Positions 8,891 to 19,433 of a stretch of DNA of 64,000 bases are shown in pieces. The notes beneath the pieces were generated by a model. The model saw nothing but the letters and a program-made list of their open reading frames with translations, made no database searches and was not told the DNA's origin. Made by a program: the position numbers and the translations under genes. Within the stretch, counting starts at the first letter, position 1; the number at the start of each line of letters is the position of its first letter. Source of the stretch: Vicinamibacterales bacterium (GTDB lineage Bacteria; Acidobacteriota; Vicinamibacteria; Vicinamibacterales; JAKQTR01); contig JALOKU010000001.1 in assembly GCA_025456345.1 (NCBI GenBank), positions 248,529 to 312,528 of the forward strand, in the 5' to 3' direction.

Positions 8891-9805
8891 CTACGCCCCA
8901 TCGCCGAGGATGCTGTCGAGCCGCTGCTCGACGGTGTCCTCGAGCGTGAAGCCCATCACCTGCAGGTAGTGGAGCGCCGAGTCGAGCAGCGCGCTTTGCG
9001 GCACCAGCCCCACCATCTCGACGCGGCTGACGCCCGAGCCGAAGCGCCGGAGTTCCGTCTTGACGCCCTCGAGGATGCGATAGAGGGGCGTCTCGGTGTA
9101 GTTGCCCACCGTGATGTTCAGCAGCGCCACGTTCCGGTTGCGGTCGAGGGCGGGGTAGAAGTGCACGCCCGGCATTCCCGTCGCCGGGTTTGACAGCACG
9201 GCCGCCACCCACTGGGCCGCCTCCTCGTCGGGCGTCGTGAAGTACGCCTTGAAGTTCACGATCGGCATGCGCGCGCCGATAATCGTCGCGCCCTTATCCG
9301 GCGGGAACACGTCGGGCCCGAAGTCGGGCTTCCACACCGGGTCGCCGATCTTCGCGGCGAACCCCTCGTACTCGCCCTCGCGGATGTTCTCGATGTCGCG
9401 CCGCATCGGCTTGCGGGCCGATTCGGCGAACAGGTAGACGGGCAGCTGGAAGCGCGCGGCCACCGCTTCGGCGAACTCCACGGACCAGGCCACCGCGTTC
9501 GCGATAGGCGCGTTCCGGAGCGCGACGAAGGGGAAGACGTCCACCGCCCCGATGCGCGGGTACTCGCCCTCGTGCTGGCGCATGTCGATGTGCTCGAGCG
9601 CGTCCTGGTAGAGCAGGTAGCCGCCCTGGAAGATCGCGTCCTTCCGGCCGGTGAAGGAGTAAATCGTCCGGTTGCGCACCTGGTCCATCGAGACGTCCAG
9701 CACGACCAGGCCGGGGACGGCCTCGAGCTTCTCGCGCAGCGACTGGATGAACGCCTCGTCACGGCCCTCACACACATTCGGGACGACGGAGATGATCTGC
9801 GACAT
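8891..9805 (-). CDS. ftcD: Glutamate formimidoyltransferase (FtcD N-terminal-type)
   Basis: 304 aa. The N-terminus MSQIISVVPNVCEGRD matches the VPNxSEGR start of formiminotransferases. Length and overall pattern are consistent. Confidence 0.85.
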   Translation of the reverse strand: MSQIISVVPNVCEGRDEAFIQSLREKLEAVPGLVVLDVSMDQVRNRTIYSFTGRKDAIFQGGYLLYQDALEHIDMRQHEGEYPRIGAVDVFPFVALRNAPIANAVAWSVEFAEAVAARFQLPVYLFAESARKPMRRDIENIREGEYEGFAAKIGDPVWKPDFGPDVFPPDKGATIIGARMPIVNFKAYFTTPDEEAAQWVAAVLSNPATGMPGVHFYPALDRNRNVALLNITVGNYTETPLYRILEGVKTELRRFGSGVSRVEMVGLVPQSALLDSALHYLQVMGFTLEDTVEQRLDSILGDGA

Positions 9806-9823
9806 GGTGTGCCCCCAGTACTC

Positions 9824-11557
9824 CTAGAACAATCCGAGGAAGACGCCCGCCGCGATGGCGGAGCCGATCACGCCGGCCACGTTCGGGCCCATCGCGTGCT
9901 GCAGCAGATAGTTGGTCGGGTCTTCGGCCTGGCCCACCATGTGGGCCACGCGCGCCGAGTCGGGCACCGCCGACACGCCGGCGGCGCCGATGAGCGGGTT
10001 CACCTTCTCCGTGCTGAACACGTTCATGATCTTGGCGAAGAGCACCCCGCCCGCCGTCGCCGCGCCGAAGGCGACGCAGCCGAGCGCGAAGATCATCACC
10101 GACCGCGTGTTGAGAAAGGCCTGGGCCGAAGTCGAGGCCCCAACGGCGAGACCCAGGAGAATCGTGCAGATGTCGAGCATGGCGTTGGCCGCGGTCTTGG
10201 CGAGGCGGCCGGTGACGCCCGACTCCTTCAGCAGGTTGCCGAAGAACAGCGGGCCGAGCAGCGGCAGGCCGCCAGGCGCGACCATCGTCGTCACGAGCAT
10301 GCCGCCGACGGGGAAGGCCACCCGCTCGAACCGCGACACCTTCCTCCCGGGCTTCATCCGGATCAGCCGCTCCTCGCGCGTGGTGAGCAGCTTCATAATC
10401 GGCGGCTGGATGATCGGCACCATGGCCATGTAGCTGTACGCGGCGATGGCGATGGGGCCGATGAGCGCCGGCGCGAGCCGGCTGGCGGTGAAGATGGCCG
10501 TCGGGCCGTCGGCGCCGCCGATGATCCCGATCGCCGCGGCGCTCTGGGGCGAGAAGCCGAGCGCCAGGGCGCCGAGGAACGTGATGAAGATGCCGATCTG
10601 CGCGGCGGCCCCCAGCAGCAGGCTCTTGGGGTTCGAGAGCAGGGCGGCAAAGTCGGTCATCGCCCCGATGCCCAGGAAGATGAGCGGCGGGAAGATCCCG
10701 GCGCGGACGCCGAAGTAGATCATCCCCATCACGCTGTTGCTGCCGGTGTTGAACACGAACTCGTGCGACACCGGGTCGATCATGTAGACCGACACGCTGT
10801 TGAAGATCGACAGCGGCAGCGGGACGTTCCCGATCAGGATGCCGAACCCGATCGGCACGAGGAGCAGCGGCTCGTAGTCCTTCGCGATGGCCAGCCAGAT
10901 GAACACGAGACCGATCAGGATCATCGCCAGGTTTCCGAACGTGAAGTTCGCGAACCCGCTGCTCTGCACGATCTGATCGATGAGCCCCGTGATGTCGCCC
11001 GTGCGGACGTCGTGGGCGTAGGCCCCCCGCTCGAACTGCGTCACCACCCCGAGGCTCTCCGAGGCGCCCGCCGTGACGACGCGGTAGATGCCCGCCACCC
11101 GGCCCTGCGCGTCGTACAGCATGCCTTTGGCCGCGCGCTTCAGCACGCGGGGGTCGATCTGGCCCGTGCCCTTGTCGATCCGGAAGTACGCGCTCGAGTC
11201 CTCGCGGGTCAGCGTGATGTAGGCGAGGTTCAGCGACGGGATGGCCGCGTGGTCGATGTCGGCGGTGGTCCTGCCGTCGGCGTAGCCGGTCACGCGGACG
11301 ATCGTCTCGAAGTCGTCGGCGTAGACGGTGACGAACGTGCCGACCTCGCGGTCCTGCGCGTCGAGCAGGATGCCGGCAGTCGCGCCGGGCCCGCCGTAGT
11401 CGTTCTTCAGCCCGTGCGATGTGCCCTTGGCGAGGCGCAAGTACTCGGCGGCGCCGTCGAAGGTCACCCCGAACGTCGGGCGCCCGGCCGCAGATGCCCC
11501 CGGAACCAGGACGGGCAGCAGGAGGAGGACGAGCAGGGTGCAGGCGACACGTCTCAT
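9824..11557 (-). CDS. Sodium-translocating decarboxylase beta subunit (OadB/MmdB/GcdB family) with a ~195-aa N-terminal extension
   Basis: GAGGAGG RBS. Residues from about 200 to 577 read DYEPLLLVPIGFGILIGN..., GIIGGADGPTAIF and AAGVSAVPDSARV, a polytopic pattern typical of OadB. Residues 1-195 are an extra soluble domain behind a signal-peptide-like start (MRRVACTLLVLLLLPVLVPGASAAG). Confidence 0.9.
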   Translation of the reverse strand: MRRVACTLLVLLLLPVLVPGASAAGRPTFGVTFDGAAEYLRLAKGTSHGLKNDYGGPGATAGILLDAQDREVGTFVTVYADDFETIVRVTGYADGRTTADIDHAAIPSLNLAYITLTREDSSAYFRIDKGTGQIDPRVLKRAAKGMLYDAQGRVAGIYRVVTAGASESLGVVTQFERGAYAHDVRTGDITGLIDQIVQSSGFANFTFGNLAMILIGLVFIWLAIAKDYEPLLLVPIGFGILIGNVPLPLSIFNSVSVYMIDPVSHEFVFNTGSNSVMGMIYFGVRAGIFPPLIFLGIGAMTDFAALLSNPKSLLLGAAAQIGIFITFLGALALGFSPQSAAAIGIIGGADGPTAIFTASRLAPALIGPIAIAAYSYMAMVPIIQPPIMKLLTTREERLIRMKPGRKVSRFERVAFPVGGMLVTTMVAPGGLPLLGPLFFGNLLKESGVTGRLAKTAANAMLDICTILLGLAVGASTSAQAFLNTRSVMIFALGCVAFGAATAGGVLFAKIMNVFSTEKVNPLIGAAGVSAVPDSARVAHMVGQAEDPTNYLLQHAMGPNVAGVIGSAIAAGVFLGLF

Positions 11558-11567
11558 ATCGGCCTCC

Positions 11568-12050
11568 TCAGAGCGCCGTCATCTTCGGGCGGGCCACCTC
11601 CACCAGGAGGTCGCCCTCGCTGATGCTGTCGCCTTCGCGCACGTAGACCTTCGTGACGGTGCCGTTGTAGGAGGCGGTGATGGCGTTCTCCATCTTCATG
11701 GCCTCCATGACGAGCAGGGCCTGTCCTGCCTGCACGGTGTCGCCCTCTTTCACCTTGATGGTGAGGACCAGGCCGGGCATGGGCGCCGTGATGCCGCCCT
11801 CGCCCCGCCCGGAGGGCGCTGGACGCGGGGCGGGCGAGGAAGCGGCGGCGGCCGCCGCCGGCGCCGTGCTGGCTGGGGCCCCGCCGGCGATCGCTTTCAC
11901 CGCCTCGGCGCTCATCTTCTTCCGGCCGATTCTCACGAGGTCGACGGCGTATTCCTTGCCGTCGACGAGGACCACGGCCCGTTCCGGCGTCAGTTCCTTC
12001 ACCTCGGCCTTGTAGTCGCGGCCGGCAATGCGCAGCAGGTGCGTGTGCAT
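11568..12050 (-). CDS. Biotin carboxyl carrier subunit of the decarboxylase (MmdC/OadA-C-terminal-like)
   Basis: ATG at 12050 (MHTHLLRIAGRDYKAEV...). Ala/Pro-rich linker, then a biotinyl domain with the EAMKMEN biotin-lysine motif. Confidence 0.85.
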   Translation of the reverse strand: MHTHLLRIAGRDYKAEVKELTPERAVVLVDGKEYAVDLVRIGRKKMSAEAVKAIAGGAPASTAPAAAAAASSPAPRPAPSGRGEGGITAPMPGLVLTIKVKEGDTVQAGQALLVMEAMKMENAITASYNGTVTKVYVREGDSISEGDLLVEVARPKMTAL

Positions 12051-12070
12051 AGGGTCTCTCTCGCCCGGGA

Positions 12071-12379
12071 TCAGGACTGCATCGCCGGCCGGCGGGCGTC
12101 GGGCCGGCTCACGTAGAGCTTGCGTTCCACTTCGATGGCCGTCGCAATGACGGCGAGGATGTCCGCGGGGACAGGCTCCGACGGCGCGCCGCCTGCGGCC
12201 GCCTCGGGCGCGGCAGGCGGCGAGGCCCCGTGGGCCGTCTCGCCGTGTCCGCCCTCGCCCCAGGTGATGCGCTTCGAGATGCGGCTGAACAGCTGGATGA
12301 ACGCGACGCACAGCAGCAGGCCGACGAAGACCACCGTCATGCCGAGCGCCGTGACGATCCAGGCTTCACTCTGCGACAT
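12071..12379 (-). CDS. OadG-like small membrane subunit of the decarboxylase
   Basis: 102 aa. N-terminal TM helix (WIVTALGMTVVFVGLLLCVAFIQLF), then an A/P-rich linker. It sits between the carboxyltransferase and biotin carrier genes, as in oad/mmd operons. Confidence 0.7.
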   Translation of the reverse strand: MSQSEAWIVTALGMTVVFVGLLLCVAFIQLFSRISKRITWGEGGHGETAHGASPPAAPEAAAGGAPSEPVPADILAVIATAIEVERKLYVSRPDARRPAMQS

Positions 12380-12388
12380 GGCCAGGCC

Positions 12389-13939
12389 TCACAGCGGGAT
12401 GTTGGTGTGGCGCTTGGCGGGGTTGGCGTCGCGCTTGCCCGCCAGCATCTCGAGCGCCTTGACGATGCGGAACCGCGTGCCCGCCGGCTTGATGATGTCG
12501 TCGATGTAGCCCTTCTGCGCGGCGACGAAGGGCGTCGCAAATCGGCTGGCGTAGCGCTCCTTGAGCTCGGTCGCCTTGGCCGCCGTGTCCTGCGCGGCGT
12601 CCAGTTCCTTCTTGTAGATGATTTCAACCGCGCCGTCGGGCCCCATCACCGCGATTTCCGCCGTCGGCCACGCGTAGTTCACGTCGCCGCGCAGGTGCTT
12701 CGAGCTCATCACGCAATAGGCCCCGCCGTACGCCTTGCGCAGGATCACCGTCACCTTCGGCACCGTCGCCTCCGCGAACGCGAACAGCAGCTTGGCCCCG
12801 TTGCGGATGATGCCCCCGTACTCCTGCGTCGTGCCTGGCATGAACCCGGGCACGTCCTCGAGCGTGACGAGCGGGATGTTGAACGCGTCGCAGAACCGCA
12901 CGAACCGCGCGCCCTTGATAGACGAGGCGTTGTCGAGCACGCCGGCCAGCACCTTCGGCTGGTTGGCCACGATGCCCACCGCCTGGCCGTTGAACCGGGC
13001 GAACCCCACCACCAGGTTCGGCGCGAACGCCTCGTGCACTTCGAGGAAGTCGCGGTTGTCGACGACGGAGAGAATGACGTCCTTCACGTCGTACGGCTGG
13101 TTCGCGCTCTCCGGCAGCACCGCGTTGAGCTCGGGATTGGCGCGATCGATCGGGTCCAGACACGGGACCCGCGGCGGGCGCTCCTGGTAATTCTGCGGGA
13201 TGAAGCCGAGCAGCCTGCGGACCAGCGCCAGCGCCTCGTCCTCGTTGGCGCTCACAAAATGCGCCACGCCGCTCTTCGTCGCATGGATGTCGGCGCCGCC
13301 GAGCTGCTCGGTCGTCACCGATTCGCGCGTGACCTGCTTCACGACCTTGGGGCCGGTGAGGAACATGTAGCTCGTGCCGCGCGTCATCCCGACAAAGTCG
13401 GTGATGGCCGGGCTGTAGACCGCGCCGCCCGCGCAGGGACCGAGGATCAGGCTGACCTGCGGCACCACGCCGGAATACAGGACGTTCTTCAGGAAGATGT
13501 CCGAGTACCCGGCCAGCGCGTCCACGCCCTCCTGGATGCGCGCCCCGCCCGAGTCGTTGAGGCCGATGAGAGGCGCGCCCACCTTGGCGGCGAGATCCAT
13601 GATCTTGCAGATCTTCTCGGCGTAGGCCTTCGACAGGCTGCCGCCGTAGATGGTGAAGTCCTGGCTGAACACGAACACCAGCCGCCCGGCGATCGTGCCG
13701 TGGCCCGTCACCACGCCGTCCGTGAACGGCTGGTCCTTCTCCATCCCGAAGTCCGTGCAGCGGTGCGTGACGAAGGTGTCGAACTCCTCGAAGCTCCCCT
13801 CGTCGAGCAGCCGGTCGAGGCGTTCGCGGGCGGTGTACTTGCCCTGGTCGTGCTGTTTCTTGATGCGCGCCTCGCCGCCGGACCGGTGGGCCTGCTCACG
13901 CGTGTGGGCGAGTTCGAGGATCTTCCGCTCGATGGACAT
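12389..13939 (-). CDS. Acyl-CoA carboxyltransferase (methylmalonyl-CoA decarboxylase alpha / PccB-like)
   Basis: ATG at 13939 ([18 protein letters not shown]...; internal Met 59 of ORF 12389..14113). About 517 aa, with a two-lobed carboxyltransferase pattern ([15 protein letters not shown]..., [15 protein letters not shown]...). Confidence 0.9.
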   Translation of the reverse strand: MSIERKILELAHTREQAHRSGGEARIKKQHDQGKYTARERLDRLLDEGSFEEFDTFVTHRCTDFGMEKDQPFTDGVVTGHGTIAGRLVFVFSQDFTIYGGSLSKAYAEKICKIMDLAAKVGAPLIGLNDSGGARIQEGVDALAGYSDIFLKNVLYSGVVPQVSLILGPCAGGAVYSPAITDFVGMTRGTSYMFLTGPKVVKQVTRESVTTEQLGGADIHATKSGVAHFVSANEDEALALVRRLLGFIPQNYQERPPRVPCLDPIDRANPELNAVLPESANQPYDVKDVILSVVDNRDFLEVHEAFAPNLVVGFARFNGQAVGIVANQPKVLAGVLDNASSIKGARFVRFCDAFNIPLVTLEDVPGFMPGTTQEYGGIIRNGAKLLFAFAEATVPKVTVILRKAYGGAYCVMSSKHLRGDVNYAWPTAEIAVMGPDGAVEIIYKKELDAAQDTAAKATELKERYASRFATPFVAAQKGYIDDIIKPAGTRFRIVKALEMLAGKRDANPAKRHTNIPL

Positions 13940-14385
13940 GAAGCGCTCCGTGAGGCGAGTAGCGGTGGCGATGGTGACCCGCAGGAACCAGGGGGCAGGT
14001 GGGGACGCCTCGTCGGGCCGGGGGGCTGGACCCGGGAATGGTAGCATGGAATCGAGCAGCGTAAATCCGATCGAACCGGTAATGTTCAGCGGTTCGACCT
14101 GGGGCGGCCGCAACAGGTCGGGCGAGGGCTGAGCGAGGCGCGTGAGGCGGGGAAGGCCGTCTGGATGGACTCAGTTGCAGCGTGGCGTGGCGGGCCGGTG
14201 TACTCTCGGTTCCCCGTTGCGGGTGTGTCTGGCCGGTGATGCCGCCAGCTTCGTGTCGAGCACGCCTGCACCCGCCGCGCCACTCGTCGATGGGTGTATC
14301 GGCCGATGGCCTCGGCGCAACAGGGCCGGCGACGGTGTACACTCTGAATCGCCGTGAATTGATCCGTTCCGTGAGGACGGACCCC

Positions 14386-15549
14386 ATGCGGATGATGCGA
14401 ATCCTTCCGGTCTCGTTCGCGCTCGCGCTCGCCGTTGTCCTGACCGCGCCGGCGCCACGTGCCGCCGCCCGCCAGGCGCCCCTGGCCGCCCCCGCCCCCG
14501 CCGCGCAATCCGCCAGGGCCGACGACGTTCGGGCCCGCGCCGAGCAGGGGGATCCCGCCGCGCAACTCAGCCTCGGTCTCATGTATGCCATCGGCCAGGG
14601 TGTGCCGCGCGACTACGCGCAGGCCGCGGCCTGGTACCGCAAGGCCGCCGAACAGGGCAAGGCGCTCGCCCAGCTCAACCTGGGCTGGTGTTACGCCGCC
14701 GGGCTCGGTGTGCCGCAGGATCTCGCGCAGGCCGCGGCCTGGTACCGCAAGGCGGCGGAGCAGGGCGACCCCACGGCGCAGGTCAAGCTGGGCGGGCTTC
14801 TCGCCGCAGGCGACGGCGTGCCGCAAGACGAGGCGGAAGCTGCGGTGTGGTATCGAAAGGCCGCGGATGAGGGCGATGCCGCCGCCCAGCTCAGGCTCGG
14901 CCTGGCCTACGCGAACGGCCGCGGCGTCGAGCGCGACGCGGCCCAGGCCGCCGGCCTGTTCCGCCAGGCGGCCGAGCAGGGGAAGGCGCAGGCGCAGTTC
15001 ATGCTCGGGGTGATGCTCGAGCAGGGCCGGGGCGTGGCGCAGAATCTCGCCGACGCGGCGCGCTGGTATCGCCGCGCCGCCGAACAGGAGGATGTGACGG
15101 CGCAGTTGAACCTGGGCGCCTGCTACGAGCTCGGCAAGGGCGTCCCGCAGGACCCGGCCCAGGCCGTGGCGTGGTACCGCCGGGCCGCCGACCAGGGCGA
15201 GGCGAGGGCCCAGGCGAACCTCGGCCGCGCGTACGCCGCCGGGCGTGGTGTCGCGCAGGACTACGCCCAGGCCGCGGCCTGGTATCGGCGTGCGGCCGAC
15301 CAGGGCCACGCGGCCTCGCAATTCGACCTGGGTGAGCTCTACGCGCGCGCGATGGGCGTGCAGCGCAGCGACGTGGAAGCGTGCCGCTGGTTCCTGATCG
15401 CCGAGTCGCGCGCGGCGTCGCCGGCGGACAGGGCGGCCTATGCCGCCGCCCGGGAACGGCTCGCCCGCCGGATGACCGCGGCGCAACACAACGAGGCGCA
15501 GCGCCTCGCCCGCGAGTGGATCGCCGCCTTCGGTCGCCGCGCGAAATAG
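14386..15549 (+). CDS. Secreted Sel1-repeat (SLR) protein
   Basis: ATG at 14386 (MRMMRILPVSFALALAVVLTAPAP..., signal peptide). Eight consecutive 36-aa Sel1 repeats of the form xAQxxLGxxYxxGxGVxxDxAQAAxWYRKAAEQG. Confidence 0.85.
   Translation: MRMMRILPVSFALALAVVLTAPAPRAAARQAPLAAPAPAAQSARADDVRARAEQGDPAAQLSLGLMYAIGQGVPRDYAQAAAWYRKAAEQGKALAQLNLGWCYAAGLGVPQDLAQAAAWYRKAAEQGDPTAQVKLGGLLAAGDGVPQDEAEAAVWYRKAADEGDAAAQLRLGLAYANGRGVERDAAQAAGLFRQAAEQGKAQAQFMLGVMLEQGRGVAQNLADAARWYRRAAEQEDVTAQLNLGACYELGKGVPQDPAQAVAWYRRAADQGEARAQANLGRAYAAGRGVAQDYAQAAAWYRRAADQGHAASQFDLGELYARAMGVQRSDVEACRWFLIAESRAASPADRAAYAAARERLARRMTAAQHNEAQRLAREWIAAFGRRAK
14551..15414 (+). repeat. Eight tandem 108-bp (36-codon) Sel1 repeat units inside the CDS
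   Basis: Read directly from the translation: DPAAQLSLGLMYAIGQGVPRDYAQAAAWYRKAAEQG / KALAQLNLGWCYAAGLGVPQDLAQAAAWYRKAAEQG / ... / HAASQFDLGELYARAMGVQRSDVEACRWFLIAESRA. Confidence 0.9.
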
Positions 15550-15564
15550 ACGGGTACAGACGAG

Positions 15565-15600
15565 GCGCCCGGCCACCGCCATACGGGTGGGCGGGCGCTT
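15565..15600 (+). terminator. GC-rich hairpin after the Sel1 gene
   Basis: GCGCCCGGCCACC (15565-15577) pairs with GGTGGGCGGGCGC (15586-15598) in 12 of 13 positions. The loop is 8 nt and TT follows. It starts 16 nt after the stop codon. Confidence 0.45.
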
Positions 15601-15894
15601 CGCGTCGCGTCACAGGGACGCGACCCGTGCGGTTGGTGCCTGACGTTTGGCGGGTGTCGCTGCCTCGCTCGCCAGGCCGGTCCCGAGGAGGATCAACGGG
15701 CCTGGCAAGGTGTGCTGAGCGCCCCCGCTACCGCCGGGTTTTCACGCAAGACCGGTACCCGCCGCCGCGGTCAGCGGAAATCGCGAAAGACGGCCCAATC
15801 TGCCACGCGCGCCTCACGCCGCCATCCAGAAGTCTGCCCCTCAGGCGACCGATGTCTGCGCTGTCATCGGGGTCAGGTCCGGGACTGACCCCCG

Positions 15895-16968
15895 CTACCG
15901 GAGTTGTCGGGGATCGACAACGACATGCTTGATGCGCTGGCGGTTCCACGTGTACGTGATGTGCACGAGGCCGTCCGACGTCTGAATGACGGCCGGGTAG
16001 GCGTAGCCGTCGGGCAGCGGCTGGTCCTCGATGACGGCGGCCTTGTTCCAGCAGACTCCGTCGGCGGAGAGCGCCACGACGAGGGGGTACCGTGCCCCGC
16101 CCCGCGTGCCTGGCCGCGGAGCCGCGTCGTTGTAGACGATGAGGTGGCGGCCGTCCTTCAGCGTGATGGCGTCGGTGCCCGCGTTGGGGTTGGGCAGCCC
16201 CAGCGCCTCGAGGGGGCTCCACGTCCGCCCGGCGTCGGCGGACCACGAGCTGGACACGACGCCGCTGCGCGTGCGGCCCACCATCTGCAGGCGTCCGTCC
16301 CGGTGGACCAGGATGCTTCCCTGGATGGCCTCGAGGTCCCACGAGCCCTTGTCGATCGGCCCGATGAACGCCCATGTCCGGCCCGCGTCCTGCGACCGCT
16401 CGACGTGGGCGCGCCAGCCGGTTGGCGCGTCCTCGGTGCTCGATGCGCTCAGCCACGCGCCGTCTGCGAGCACCACTGGCTTGTTCTTGATCGGGCCCAG
16501 CAGGGGAGCCGGCAGACGGGCGGCCTCGCTCCACGTTCTGCCGCCGTCCGGCGACGTCTTCACCATGCCCCACCAGGCGCGCGGCGAAGGGCCGACCTTG
16601 TAGAAGAGGCGCAGCGGCTGGCCCGGCGCCGCAAAGAGCACGGGGTTCCATGTGGGGTGGCGCGTGCCGTCCGGCTGCACGCCGTCCGCCACTTCGGCAG
16701 GCTCGGACCAGCGGCCCGACTCGAACCGCGTCACCCAGATGCCGACGTCCGGCGCGCTTTCGCGCGTGCCGCCGAACCACGCCGCCACGAGCCGGTCCGG
16801 CGCCACCTCGACGATGGTCGACGCATGGCACTGGGGGTATGGCGCGCGGTCGTTGAGCAACGCCGCGGATAGGATGGCGGGATGCTGAGCGCCGGCCAGG
16901 CCCGGCGCGAACATCGCGAATGCGATTGCCGCAGTCTGGACTCCACGCCGCAGGCGGGTCAGTGTCAT
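15895..16968 (-). CDS. BNR/Asp-box repeat exo-alpha-sialidase family protein (secreted)
   Basis: ATG at 16968 (MTLTRLRRGVQTAAIAFAMFAPGLAGAQ, signal peptide). Three Asp-box motifs: SPDGGRTWS, SQDAGRTWA, SADAGRTWS. Confidence 0.8.
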   Translation of the reverse strand: MTLTRLRRGVQTAAIAFAMFAPGLAGAQHPAILSAALLNDRAPYPQCHASTIVEVAPDRLVAAWFGGTRESAPDVGIWVTRFESGRWSEPAEVADGVQPDGTRHPTWNPVLFAAPGQPLRLFYKVGPSPRAWWGMVKTSPDGGRTWSEAARLPAPLLGPIKNKPVVLADGAWLSASSTEDAPTGWRAHVERSQDAGRTWAFIGPIDKGSWDLEAIQGSILVHRDGRLQMVGRTRSGVVSSSWSADAGRTWSPLEALGLPNPNAGTDAITLKDGRHLIVYNDAAPRPGTRGGARYPLVVALSADGVCWNKAAVIEDQPLPDGYAYPAVIQTSDGLVHITYTWNRQRIKHVVVDPRQLR

Positions 16969-16990
16969 GCGGTGAAGTGTACGACAGAAG

Positions 16991-17022
16991 CCCCCAACCC
17001 CTATCCCCCAGCCCCCAGCCCC
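16991..17022 (-). repeat. Five C-tracts at 7-nt spacing (G-quadruplex-capable on the minus strand)
   Basis: Plus strand: CCCCC AA CCCC TAT CCCCC AG CCCCC AG CCCC. Minus strand: GGGG CT GGGGG CT GGGGG ATA GGGG TT GGGGG. It lies in the 86-bp divergent spacer between the sialidase gene (start 16968) and the PIG-L gene (start 17055). Confidence 0.85.
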
Positions 17023-17054
17023 TAGTAAGATGCGCCCCACGGGAGGCTTGAACC

Positions 17055-17972
17055 ATGTCCGTTCCTCGACGCCTGACGCTGGCTGTCATCGTGTTCCTGT
17101 TCGCCGGTGCGGTGTGGGTGAACCTGGCTGCGGCGCCCGCCGGCCAGGCTCCCAGCGCGCCTGCGCCGCTCAACATCATCGCCTTCGGCGCGCACCCTGA
17201 CGATTGCGATATCCGCGCCGGCGGGACCGCCGCGAAGTGGGCCGCGGCCGGCCATCGCGTGCGATTCGTCTCCGTGACCAACGGCGACGCCGGGCACCAG
17301 AGCCAGGGCGGCGGCGCGCTGGCGGCGCGGCGCCGGGCGGAGGCGCAGGAGGCCGGCCGCCGCCTCGGCGTCGATTACATCACGCTCGACAACCACGACG
17401 GCGAGCTGATGCCGACGCTGCAGGTCCGCGAGCAGATCATCCGGCTCATCCGCCACTGGAAGGCGGACCTGGTGCTGGGGCCGCGGCCGCACGACTACCA
17501 CCCGGACCATCGCTACACGGGCATCCTGTTGCAGGACGCTGCGTTCATGGTGACCGTACCCAATATTGCGCCCGACACGCCGTCGCTGCGGCAGAACCCG
17601 GTGTTCATGTATTTCGAGGACGGCTTCCAGAAGCCGAACCCGTTCACGCCCGACGTGGTGGTGTCGATCGACGACACCTTCGCGAAGAAGATCGACGCGA
17701 TCGACGCGCACGAGTCGCAGATGTACGAATGGCTGCCGTGGCTGAATGGCCGGCTCGACAGCGTGCCGAAGGATCCGGCGGGGCGGAAGGCGATGACGGC
17801 GAAGCAGCGCTTCGGGCGCATCAGCGAGGCCGCGCGCGCCACGCTGGTGAAGTACTACGGCGCGGAGGCGGGCGCGAAGGTCGAGCACGCGGAGGCCTTC
17901 GAGATCTGCGAGTACGGGCGGCGGCCGGACGCGGCCGAGATCAAACGGCTGTTCCCGTTCCTGCCGCGATAG
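17055..17972 (+). CDS. PIG-L/LmbE family N-acetylglucosaminyl deacetylase (secreted or membrane-anchored)
   Basis: GGGAGG RBS. N-terminal hydrophobic anchor. AHPDDCDI (the family AHPDD motif), then HPDH. Confidence 0.85.
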   Translation: MSVPRRLTLAVIVFLFAGAVWVNLAAAPAGQAPSAPAPLNIIAFGAHPDDCDIRAGGTAAKWAAAGHRVRFVSVTNGDAGHQSQGGGALAARRRAEAQEAGRRLGVDYITLDNHDGELMPTLQVREQIIRLIRHWKADLVLGPRPHDYHPDHRYTGILLQDAAFMVTVPNIAPDTPSLRQNPVFMYFEDGFQKPNPFTPDVVVSIDDTFAKKIDAIDAHESQMYEWLPWLNGRLDSVPKDPAGRKAMTAKQRFGRISEAARATLVKYYGAEAGAKVEHAEAFEICEYGRRPDAAEIKRLFPFLPR

Positions 17973-18008
17973 CGGCGTTGATCACGCGGCACTGGCGACT
18001 GCGATTCC

Positions 18009-19424
<1,416 letters not shown>

Positions 19425-19433
19425 GGCTCCCGG

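Noticed and set aside
9572-14044. Plus-strand ORFs 9572..11623 (683 aa) and 12230..14044 (604 aa)
   Set aside because: They are antisense to the decarboxylase beta subunit and carboxyltransferase genes, with Arg/Asp/His/Gly-rich translations and no motifs.
14086-15582. 498-aa minus-strand ORF
   Set aside because: It is antisense to the Sel1-repeat gene. Its own periodicity merely mirrors the 108-bp Sel1 repeats.
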